Source: an uncultured delta proteobacterium (GTDB taxonomy: Bacteria > Desulfobacterota > RBG-13-43-22). From it: 64,000 bases of DNA. Below, in pieces: positions 38,922 through 46,978 of this stretch (its first letter is position 1; the number at the start of each line of letters is the position of its first letter). The position numbers and the translations under genes were made by a program. A model generated the notes under the pieces. It ran no database searches. It had not been told where the DNA came from and worked only from the letters and a program-made list of their open reading frames with translations. The stretch covers positions 96,001 to 160,000 of the forward strand of contig CAVUPH010000006.1 of the NCBI GenBank assembly GCA_963743305.1. Direction: 5' to 3'.

Positions 38922-40877
38922 ATGACACCTAAATTAAGATCGAAAACCGGGATACTGGTCTGGATGGGTTTAATCCTGATGACCCTGGGGTCTTTCAGCC
39001 CTTCTTCCTGGGCCAAGGAGGGGAATAAACCCCAGGCCAATTTAGTGAATATTCAGTCCAACCGAACTGCCGATCAATTACGGCTGCAATTAACGGTCAC
39101 CCAACCGATTAAAATCCGGACCGTCTTTATTCTGGAAGAACCCCAAAGGTTGGTGCTGTATTTATCTCCCTGCCGCCTGGGTCTTAAACAGCCGCCGACT
39201 ATTTCGGATGACCCGCTGGTTTCGGACTTACGCGTCTCCCAATTCAATCCCTCTACCACCCGGATCGTATTGATCGTCCCCCAACGGCCTTCTTTTAAGG
39301 TATATCCCTCCAAGGACTCTCCTTTGATCTGGCATGTGGATCTGGCGACGGCTTCCAAAAAGAAAACCGCTCCGGAGTTGGTTGGTGGCGGGCCTCCGCC
39401 CCGGACCAAAGAAGTCCTCAATTTGAACGAATTCAAACGGGAGCAGGAAACGGCGCTGATACCTCGCACGCCCGTCTCTCCCCCGCGGGTCACCTTTGAT
39501 TTCTACAACGCCGACTTACACAACGTCCTCCGCCTGCTGGGGGAAGTGGGGCAGGTCAATATCATCGTCGGTGAAGAAGTGAAGGGCAAAGTGACCGTCA
39601 GTCTAAAAGGCGTCCCCTGGGATCAGGCGTTAGACATGATCTTGAATTCCAACCGGCTGATAAAAATAACCGACGGGAAAAACATCCGGATTTCCACTCT
39701 GAAGGATTATGTAGAGGTCGAAACCATCCGGCGGAAAGAAAGCCAGAGCGTGGTCAAGGAACAGCAGGACCTACTAAAAACCGAGCAGGAACTGCTAAAA
39801 ACCGAAGACGCGCTCCAGAAAGTCCAGGAGGGCCGACTTCCCCTGCTGACCAAAACGATAAAGCTGAATTATATTGCAGCGGAGGAAATGAAAAAAATAA
39901 TAGATGCCATCTGGGGCGGGGGGAAAGGACCGGACAGTCCGGGGATGAACGATGCCTCCGGTCCATCAACCACGGGTGCGACTAAATTGGGAAAAGGCAT
40001 CTGTGCGGCCCTGAAACAAACGAACTCCATTTTTATCCGGTCCAACAGAATAGATATCGACCACATCGAAAAATTGATAAGGGCCAATGACCAGCCTACC
40101 CCGCAGGTAATGATCGAAGCCAGGGTTGTCGAAGCCAATTCCAGCTTTGCCCGGGACTTTGGACTGCAATGGGGGGGCGGCGCCAGTTATTCAAATCCGT
40201 ATGGTCCGCTGGCGGGAACGCTGAGAGGATTCAGTTCCGATACCGGGAATGACGCCGTAAATCTTCCGATAGGATCCGGGTCTTCCCTCAATCCTTTTTC
40301 AGGGATGGCGGGGATCGGATTGACGATTGCTTCCGCCAATCTGAATATCGATGTCCGCTTGCGAGCCTTCGAACAACAGGGCGATGTTAAAATTATATCC
40401 TCACCAAAAATTTTAACCCTGGACAATAAAAAGGCAACGATCAAACAAGGCTTAAAACTACCGGTAACCACTCGCGACCAAAATAACGCTTTTACAACGG
40501 TGTATATAGATGCCAATCTAAGATTGGAGGTTACCCCCCATATAGCCAGAAACGGCAAGAAAATAACCATGAGCGTGAAACTTAACAACGACCGGATAGA
40601 GGATAGAATTCAAGATATCAACCTAAACCGGGCTATCAATACCCAGGAAGCCGAACTGGAATTGGCGATTAATGATGGAGAAACGCTGGTAATCGGGGGA
40701 ATAAAAAGCCGAACGGAAAGCAACACGGATCGGGGGGTCCCCGGATTGAAAGATGTTCCCATCTTGGGTTGGCTGTTTAAATCCAAGGAAAAGAGCACGG
40801 ACGATTCGGAATTATTGTTATTCATCACGCCCAAAATCATTTTGCCGCTGCAGGAAAAATTTGCTTCTGAAAATTAA
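38922..40877 (+). CDS. pilQ: Type IV pilus secretin PilQ with AMIN domain
   Basis: VSQF..TRIV (AMIN), VPWDQALD, QVMIEARVVE, GETLVIGGI, VPGLKDVPILGWLF. Confidence 0.96.
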   Translation: MTPKLRSKTGILVWMGLILMTLGSFSPSSWAKEGNKPQANLVNIQSNRTADQLRLQLTVTQPIKIRTVFILEEPQRLVLYLSPCRLGLKQPPTISDDPLVSDLRVSQFNPSTTRIVLIVPQRPSFKVYPSKDSPLIWHVDLATASKKKTAPELVGGGPPPRTKEVLNLNEFKREQETALIPRTPVSPPRVTFDFYNADLHNVLRLLGEVGQVNIIVGEEVKGKVTVSLKGVPWDQALDMILNSNRLIKITDGKNIRISTLKDYVEVETIRRKESQSVVKEQQDLLKTEQELLKTEDALQKVQEGRLPLLTKTIKLNYIAAEEMKKIIDAIWGGGKGPDSPGMNDASGPSTTGATKLGKGICAALKQTNSIFIRSNRIDIDHIEKLIRANDQPTPQVMIEARVVEANSSFARDFGLQWGGGASYSNPYGPLAGTLRGFSSDTGNDAVNLPIGSGSSLNPFSGMAGIGLTIASANLNIDVRLRAFEQQGDVKIISSPKILTLDNKKATIKQGLKLPVTTRDQNNAFTTVYIDANLRLEVTPHIARNGKKITMSVKLNNDRIEDRIQDINLNRAINTQEAELELAINDGETLVIGGIKSRTESNTDRGVPGLKDVPILGWLFKSKEKSTDDSELLLFITPKIILPLQEKFASEN

Positions 40878-40895
40878 TTTTTTAAAGGGGAAAAT

Positions 40896-41300
40896 ATGAG
40901 CAGGTATAGGCATTGGATTCATATTCTTTATCCGCTTTTATTTAGTTTAATCTTTACCTGTGCGGGCCAGGCCGAAAACAGCAAAAAGGAAGTATTGCCC
41001 GCTTCCGCCATGTCCGGAATAATTAAGGGAACCTTTGAACCGGGGAAACTTTTACTATCTTCCAATGACAAGATCGTTATCGATTTGGAAAAAGTGTCTG
41101 GGACTAAACCCGGGGATTATGTGGAAATTTATCAACCCCTGGATATTGAAAAGAAAAAGGATGGCGAGGCGTTATATCGAAAAATCGGACTGGGAATACT
41201 TATTGAAAAGATTGACGAAAAGAAAGCCATTTGCATTATTGATTCCAGTGTAAAAGAAATATCCGTCGGGGATTTGGTCCGGGTGATTAATCCCCGGTAG
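40896..41300 (+). CDS. Secreted hypothetical protein (FlgT-C/TsaP-C-like beta domain)
   Basis: Signal peptide; IVIDL..GDYVEIY..KIG..EISVGDLV; 18 bp after pilQ. Confidence 0.65.
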   Translation: MSRYRHWIHILYPLLFSLIFTCAGQAENSKKEVLPASAMSGIIKGTFEPGKLLLSSNDKIVIDLEKVSGTKPGDYVEIYQPLDIEKKKDGEALYRKIGLGILIEKIDEKKAICIIDSSVKEISVGDLVRVINPR

Positions 41301-41335
41301 GGGCTACTCGGTTTCAATTTTTTCGGAGACCCTTC

Positions 41336-42481
41336 ATGCAAAAATTTATTAAGGTTCTACTTATTTTTTCAATCGGAATTTCCATGACCGCTGCCGGATT
41401 CAAAACGGGCTTCGCCTCGGATTCATCGGCCGGCGCCTTCGCATCACCCGCTTTCAAGGACCTGGAACCTTTCTATCAGGACATCTTGGGGCAGGTGGCT
41501 GAAAAATCCGCGGACTTGGTTTATAATTATGATACGAGGCCGTTGATCCGGACAGTGATCATGGATTTCCTTGATCCAGCCGGGCGGGAAATTGCCGTGG
41601 GGAATGAATTGTCCGCTTATTTACGATCAGCATTGGATCGGGAAAATCAGTTTTATGTATACGGGCGGGAGCAAATACACCGTTCCTTGGGGCACTTTTT
41701 TCAAGTAAATCGCGAGATGAAGCCTTATCTGGTGAGCCGACTGCAAGAGCTGGTGCCGGTAGCCTTTAAGAAACCGATCCATCTTATCGTGGCCGGTGAA
41801 ATTCGAAAGACCGATGAAAATAGACTCCAGGTCAACGTCACGCTTATCCCATTTTATCAACAATTGAATCCGGTTGAAATAGAAGCGGAAAGCCTGCCTT
41901 TCCCCCAGCTTTCCTTTTTGAGTTCCAAGCTGACCGATGAAGAAATAAAACAGGCCTTGACCAAACCTAAAGGCGAGAAAAGGTTGGCCATAAATCCCGG
42001 CTATGGCCGCCTCATCATTCTGTCCAATTATCTTTTAGAAAAACCTCGAGAACAGGAACGCCGTTATTTGGGGACCTTGGAGGCCACCCGGCCCTCCAAT
42101 GAAAAAGAGCAAGGGAGTACCCTCAGACAATTAAATCTGGGTGACCCCCAGGATTTGATCGGTTGGCTGGACAAACAGGAGCTGTATATCTATGAAGATA
42201 GGCAGATCGCCACTTTTAGAGATTACTATTATAATATATTGAGCGGGTTCGGAGCCGATCAGATCTGGTTTGATGCCGAGGTCAAGGGGGGGGATCATCA
42301 ACTGGCCTTTAGCGTTTTCCCGGTCAACACCCTCAATAAAAAGGCGGTCTCCTACCCTTTCAAGCTGACCCCGGGGTCTACGACCTATCTCGTGGTCACG
42401 GTAGTATCCCAACCTCAAAGAGACCCGGATGTTTCGATAAAAATGGTAGTCGATCCGGATAATCGGTCCTATCCCTTTTAG
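41336..42481 (+). CDS. Secreted hypothetical protein with FlgO/CsgG-like domain
   Basis: Signal peptide; VIMDFLD..G..VGNELSAYLRSAL..F.VY.R..LIVAGEI..VNVTLI. Confidence 0.65.
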   Translation: MQKFIKVLLIFSIGISMTAAGFKTGFASDSSAGAFASPAFKDLEPFYQDILGQVAEKSADLVYNYDTRPLIRTVIMDFLDPAGREIAVGNELSAYLRSALDRENQFYVYGREQIHRSLGHFFQVNREMKPYLVSRLQELVPVAFKKPIHLIVAGEIRKTDENRLQVNVTLIPFYQQLNPVEIEAESLPFPQLSFLSSKLTDEEIKQALTKPKGEKRLAINPGYGRLIILSNYLLEKPREQERRYLGTLEATRPSNEKEQGSTLRQLNLGDPQDLIGWLDKQELYIYEDRQIATFRDYYYNILSGFGADQIWFDAEVKGGDHQLAFSVFPVNTLNKKAVSYPFKLTPGSTTYLVVTVVSQPQRDPDVSIKMVVDPDNRSYPF

Positions 42482-42506
42482 TCCAAACCCGAATTACGGT
42501 AACCTG

Positions 42507-42597
42507 CGCCCCCCCATGCCCGGAGCGGGTACCTGCGAAGCATGAAAATCCATGTTTAGATATTAAACCCTCATGCCACAGAGGGCGCCCTGAAGCG
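42507..42597. repeat. CCCC..TGCC..GCACC..AAGCATGAAAA repeat family (also about 56879-56917 reversed and 63710-63745)
   Basis: cccccatgcccggagcgggtacctgcgaagcatgaaaa vs cccctgcccgacggggcgcccgcaaagcataaaaa vs reverse ttttcatgcttcgcgagtgc. Confidence 0.65.
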
Positions 42598-42599
42598 GG

Positions 42600-43136
42600 T
42601 TACTTTAGAGCCGCGTTCCTCCTCGAGAAATAGCTTCTATTCATACTCTGGTATTCCCATTCCGGTGTGTTCTTCCAGGCCTGCAACTTTTTTTTCCTCG
42701 ATCGAACTTTCTTTGAATTAGCCAAATCAGGAACAGGTCTTAGGTCATTAGTAACGGAGCCACGCTTTCCCCCCGTTTTCCGTCTGTGAGTTTTTTCTCC
42801 GGACGGAGCCTTCCACGGATTAAAGTCCCCTCGCTGTAAAGAAGGTCTTCCCTTTCTGTGAACCTCGGTGTCAGGGGTATTCCTCAAAGAGCGAGCCTCG
42901 GCTTCGACCGCACGCCAGTACTCGATTTCGGCTTGTTCACGCGCCCGTTCCAGCTCAGCCGAAACGGGTTTTGAATTTTCTGATAGACCCCGGCTTGGAA
43001 AATTACCCGCTGTAAGGGAATTGGAAAAACAGGGCACCCCGTTTTTATCGGTGTATCGGTGAATCGTTTCCGGATAACCCTGGGTCCAGCAACATAAGGC
43101 ACCTAAAAGACAGCAACCAACCATTCGCGGTTTCAT
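42600..43136 (-). CDS. DUF4124-domain secreted protein
   Basis: Signal peptide then IHRYTDKNGVPCFSN; a sigma54-like TGGCATC-TTTC-TTGTA lies at 43196-43211. Confidence 0.7.
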   Translation of the reverse strand: MKPRMVGCCLLGALCCWTQGYPETIHRYTDKNGVPCFSNSLTAGNFPSRGLSENSKPVSAELERAREQAEIEYWRAVEAEARSLRNTPDTEVHRKGRPSLQRGDFNPWKAPSGEKTHRRKTGGKRGSVTNDLRPVPDLANSKKVRSRKKKLQAWKNTPEWEYQSMNRSYFSRRNAALK

Positions 43137-43329
43137 TTTTCCTCCTCGTCTTCACTCCCCGTTTAAATTTTTGAATAATCCCGGGGAATAGAAAATACAA
43201 GAAAGATGCCATGACTGGGATCCGTATGACCCTGCCGGGCGCACAAATAAAAAATCCTCCCTAACACGAGAGGATTTTTATCCTTGCTTTTGTCGGTCCC
43301 TATTTCCTGTTGGTGAGTCCTCAAACGAA

Positions 43330-43612
43330 TAGGGACACAGACGAGGGCGTCTGTGCTACATTAGATACATTGGCCGGCATAAGCTTGGAATATTTTAAGG
43401 GGAACTTTAAGGGCTGGGGCTGTTTCCTATGGCTCCCTCTCCCCCACGCGGGAGATGGTGTGGGGGATAACCGTAGTAAAAGTAGGGGCGGCGGGGTCGC
43501 CGCCCCTACTGCAGAATGACAGTTGCTCAGGGCCATGAGCTTTGTCGAATGGTCGGAATCCAGGTCTTTTAAGCTCGAGGTTCCTGGATGGCGGACCAGG
43601 TCCGACATGACG
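43330..43612. repeat. Mixed REP cluster (two GTAG-type hairpins, a CCCTCTCCC type, a GTCATG..GGAC type)
   Basis: cacagacgagggcgtctgtgctac; gtaggggcggcggggtcgccgcccctac; ctggatggcggaccaggtccgacatgac. Confidence 0.8.
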
Positions 43613-43656
43613 ACAAAAAAAACTACATCAGACGGTGGTCGAGTCTTTTTACCCTA

Positions 43657-44316
43657 TTAACCGCTGGAGCAGCCTCGCTCTTCCATCCATTCCTTCAAAA
43701 CCCGGAACGAGGCCACATGCAGGTCCGCTTTCAGGCAAGGATTCTTATAGGCAACCAAGGGAATTCCGGCCCTTTGTGCGGCCTCGGCATCGACCACCGA
43801 ATCTCCGATGTAAACGGCATCTTCGGGCCGGAGTTGAAAGTGGGCGAGGATTTTAATCAGCGATTCCGGGTGGGGTTTAGGACAGGATACATCCAGGGCG
43901 CTGATCACCAGGTCGAAACATTCGCTCAGTCCATGGAAGGAAAGGACCTGCCTGATGGTGGTGGTGCGGTTGGTAGAAATGGCGGTCTTGACCGCCGGCC
44001 TTAAAAAGGTCAGGAACTCCTTAACCCCCGGTTCTTCCACCATGAGCCGGATGAAGGGTTCCGGGTCGAGATCCTGTCGATAGGCATGGGCGGCCAAACT
44101 TTCCTCTTCCGCCGGGAAAAGGAAATCGACGGCTTCAAACACCGTGTGCATATGCACGTAATTTAAGGCTTCTTCCGATAAGGGGGGGTTCCCGAAACGG
44201 GTCAACAGGAGATTATAAAACGCCCGGTTGGCTTCCCGAGAATCGAATAATACTCCGTCACAATCAAAGATTACAAGGCGGGGCCAGGGAAGACCGGAAG
44301 GGGGAGGAAAAGCCAT
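43657..44316 (-). CDS. HAD-superfamily hydrolase (phosphoglycolate phosphatase-like)
   Basis: IFDCDGVL, STNR, KPHPE, YIGDS..D. Confidence 0.92.
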   Translation of the reverse strand: MAFPPPSGLPWPRLVIFDCDGVLFDSREANRAFYNLLLTRFGNPPLSEEALNYVHMHTVFEAVDFLFPAEEESLAAHAYRQDLDPEPFIRLMVEEPGVKEFLTFLRPAVKTAISTNRTTTIRQVLSFHGLSECFDLVISALDVSCPKPHPESLIKILAHFQLRPEDAVYIGDSVVDAEAAQRAGIPLVAYKNPCLKADLHVASFRVLKEWMEERGCSSG

Positions 44317-44698
44317 ACACTTTGATGAGGACTTCAGGACGTCGGGGGTCGTTACTGAGGACTCTGAAATATCGATCGAACTTGCCGTCCAGTTTCTCCG
44401 TTTCCAAGGCTATGACGATTTCTCCCTGCCCGCCGGGCTGGATCTGCGGATCGAACCGCACCACCTTCATGCTTCAGGTGTATTTGATTTTCGTAATGGA
44501 AAGCAGGGAATCTCCGGTATTAAGTACCTGGAACACTTTATAAACTGTGGAAGGGGCTCTGGTCAAATCCCCGGCATTATAGTCATCCGGCGAAATGGAA
44601 ATCGAAGGACCGGAAGAAGAATAACTCCGCCCTCCCGGCCCTCCGAAGGGAAGAACCAGGCTCAGTCCGACCGCCAAAAGAAATATAAGCCGCTTCAT
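44264..44698 (-). CDS. DUF1573-like secreted Ig-fold protein with in-frame UGA (candidate selenoprotein)
   Basis: ORFs 44474-44698 and 44264-44470 are in one frame, separated only by TGA-AGC. Joined: ..VFQVLNTGDSLLSITKIKYT-U-SMKVVRFDPQIQPGGQGEI..SNDP.. Confidence 0.75.
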
Positions 44699-44756
44699 TG
44701 AGGGATATTTTCAGACTTTCCCGTCCCACTGTCAAGGGAATAATCACTTCTCTTCC

Positions 44757-44797
44757 AAAAAGAAACGGGGGCTGGAAAACCATCCCCCGTTTCTTTC
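44757..44797 (-). terminator. Terminator after qrcD
   Basis: AAGAAACGGGG..CCCCGTTTCTT stem with flanking A/T tract. Confidence 0.75.
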
Positions 44798-44812
44798 AAG
44801 AAGCCTAAACGG

Positions 44813-46051
44813 TCAGTTCAATTCTTTTTCCTGGGGAAAAATCGGCAAATAGCGGTACGACAAAGAAATCAGCAGGCCTCCGTAGGCCAGGATAGCAAAG
44901 GTGGGCGCCCATTCCTGCCAACTGGGCCAGTAGGTGACGAACCGGTCGAAAGGCATAACCGGGATGGCCAAGGTGACGATGGTCATAATAAACCGGTTAA
45001 AGACAATCCCGGCGCAGTCCAGGAGACAGGCAAAGACCAGCCAGCCGTAACTGTTTCGTCGTTTGGACAGGAGGATCCAGGCCGGAAGGATGCCCAGGAC
45101 CCCGATTTCCATCACCATCAGCCAGATCCCGTAAGGACCCTGGAACTGACTCCCGAAGGTGATCCCCCGATTGGGCAGAATGGAAAAGGCCCAGCCGAGG
45201 GTATCCAAAATCTTGAGGATCAAGTAGACCGCCAGCAGGCTGCCGGCGATCTTGCCCATCAGAGAAAGCACCTCCAGTTTGACCAGTTTCCGGCCGGTTA
45301 CCTTTTGGACAATAGCCGTGATCAGCACCGTGAAGGCCGGGCCGGAGGCGATGGCCGAGGAGATGAAGAGGAAGAAAGTCCAGGGCCAGATAAAAATCCC
45401 TTCCCGGAAGGCAAAAGGCCGGGCAAACATGACTCCGTACATTCCGCCCAAAGAACCCTGGTGGAAAAAGGAAAGAAAGGTACCGGTCCCGGCAAAAATA
45501 AACATCAGGTGGTGAAGGTTGTGGGCGAAGTAATGGGCCCCGGGGTTTTTATTGATACCCCGGTTCTCCAGAATCAAGGGCAGGTATTCGATGGCCAGGA
45601 CCCCTAGATACAGGGTGATGCAGAACATCACTTCGGTCAACATGGAATGGACGTTGGGGTGCCAGAAACCGTACCAGGATCGTAAGGGCTGGCCCACGTC
45701 CAGGGTGAGTATCAGGATGGCCCCGCTATAACAGATAAAGCCGATGATCACGGCGAAATTGATAATGGCCTTCAGTTCTTTTTTACCGATGATATAGGTC
45801 AAAAACCCGGTAAAGAAGGCCCCGGCACCTAAGGCGATTATCGCCAGGTCAAAGGTGATCCAGAGGGCGAACCCGAAATAGTCGTTCATGTTGGTCTGGT
45901 TCAACCCGAAGATCAAAACCAGAATGCCTCCAACCAACCCCCAGCCTACGACCAGGAGAAGAAAAAAGATCCAGGTCAGAAATTTTGGCAGGGAACCCCG
46001 TTCCACCCCCTCCGGGAATAAGGCATGATCAACAGGCAAGGTCTTCTCCAT
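44813..46051 (-). CDS. qrcD: Quinone reductase complex membrane subunit (NrfD family)
   Basis: About 10 TM helices; GFALWITFDL, DVGQPLR, FFHQGSLGG. Confidence 0.93.
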   Translation of the reverse strand: MEKTLPVDHALFPEGVERGSLPKFLTWIFFLLLVVGWGLVGGILVLIFGLNQTNMNDYFGFALWITFDLAIIALGAGAFFTGFLTYIIGKKELKAIINFAVIIGFICYSGAILILTLDVGQPLRSWYGFWHPNVHSMLTEVMFCITLYLGVLAIEYLPLILENRGINKNPGAHYFAHNLHHLMFIFAGTGTFLSFFHQGSLGGMYGVMFARPFAFREGIFIWPWTFFLFISSAIASGPAFTVLITAIVQKVTGRKLVKLEVLSLMGKIAGSLLAVYLILKILDTLGWAFSILPNRGITFGSQFQGPYGIWLMVMEIGVLGILPAWILLSKRRNSYGWLVFACLLDCAGIVFNRFIMTIVTLAIPVMPFDRFVTYWPSWQEWAPTFAILAYGGLLISLSYRYLPIFPQEKELN

Positions 46052-46098
46052 TATGTTACCCCTTTTAATAGAATATCCTTAAGAAGCAATCGATTCGG

Positions 46099-46878
46099 TT
46101 ATTTATGCCCGGACGAGACCCTTTTGAGGGTCTCCCCCTCCAAATAATTGTCAATTTGCCGCTGAATCCACTCCTGAGAGGTCAGATAATACACTTTGGG
46201 TTGGCTTCCCAGTTTTTCCAGCAGGCGAAAGGCCCGGGGACTTTTGCTCAGCCTGGCCACCGCACTTTCGGGGTTTTGCAGGTTCCCGAAGGTTATGGCC
46301 TGGGTAGGGCAGGCCTCGGCGCAGGCCGTGTTATATTCACCCTCTTTCAGGTCCCGGCGCTCTTCCATAAAGGCCCGGTCTTTCGCCCGCTGATAGCGAT
46401 GATGGCAGAAAGTGCATTTATGGACCACTCCGCGCATGGCCACGGAAACGTCCGGATTCAGGTAGTTTTCCAGACCCTGAGGGAACACCGGGTCCCACCA
46501 GTGAAACAACCGGGCATGGTAGGGGCAGGCGGCCACACAGTACCGGCAACCGATGCAGCGGGGATAGATCTGGCTGACCACCCCTTGTTCATCAATCTTA
46601 GTGGCGTTGACCGGGCAGACCGAAACGCAGGGCGTATGGTTCTGGCAGTGCATACAGGGACGGGGGAAATAGGCTACCTTGGTCTTGGGAAAGGGCTTTC
46701 CGTTGTTCAAACGGTACAGCCGCATCCAGGTGCCCGTTCGCAGCTTGTCGGTCTCATCCGTTCGATAGGCGATATTATTTTCAGCCGAACAGGCGACGCC
46801 ACAAGCCCCACATCCGGTGCATCGGTCTAAGTCGATCACCATGCCATAGAGTTCTTTGCCGAGAGGAATTTCTTTCAT
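46099..46878 (-). CDS. qrcC: Quinone reductase complex iron-sulfur subunit
   Basis: CTGCGAC, CMHC..PCVSVCP, CIGCRYC..CP, KCTFC..ACAEACP. Confidence 0.93.
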   Translation of the reverse strand: MKEIPLGKELYGMVIDLDRCTGCGACGVACSAENNIAYRTDETDKLRTGTWMRLYRLNNGKPFPKTKVAYFPRPCMHCQNHTPCVSVCPVNATKIDEQGVVSQIYPRCIGCRYCVAACPYHARLFHWWDPVFPQGLENYLNPDVSVAMRGVVHKCTFCHHRYQRAKDRAFMEERRDLKEGEYNTACAEACPTQAITFGNLQNPESAVARLSKSPRAFRLLEKLGSQPKVYYLTSQEWIQRQIDNYLEGETLKRVSSGHK

Positions 46879-46888
46879 GGCTACCCTC

Positions 46889-46946
46889 TAGATTTTTACA
46901 TCCATTGTTCCGAGAATTTGTCTTTAACCATGGACGTAAAAATCTA
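46889..46946. repeat. 58-bp hairpin element, copy 1 (between qrcB and qrcC)
   Basis: TAGATTTTTACATCCATTGTT-ccgagaatttgtcttt-AACCATGGACGTAAAAATCTA. Confidence 0.9.
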
Positions 46947-46978
46947 AATTAAAAGAAGTTATTTTGAAATATTTTTGG

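Noticed and set aside
44445-44460. tRNA T-arm fragment (GGTTCGATCC) as an integration scar
   Set aside because: The loop is 6 nt, there is no acceptor stem or CCA, and it lies in a coding frame
46889-46946. Integron attC sites
   Set aside because: No RYYYAAC/GTTRRRY ends, no cassette array or integrase, and copies sit upstream of core genes
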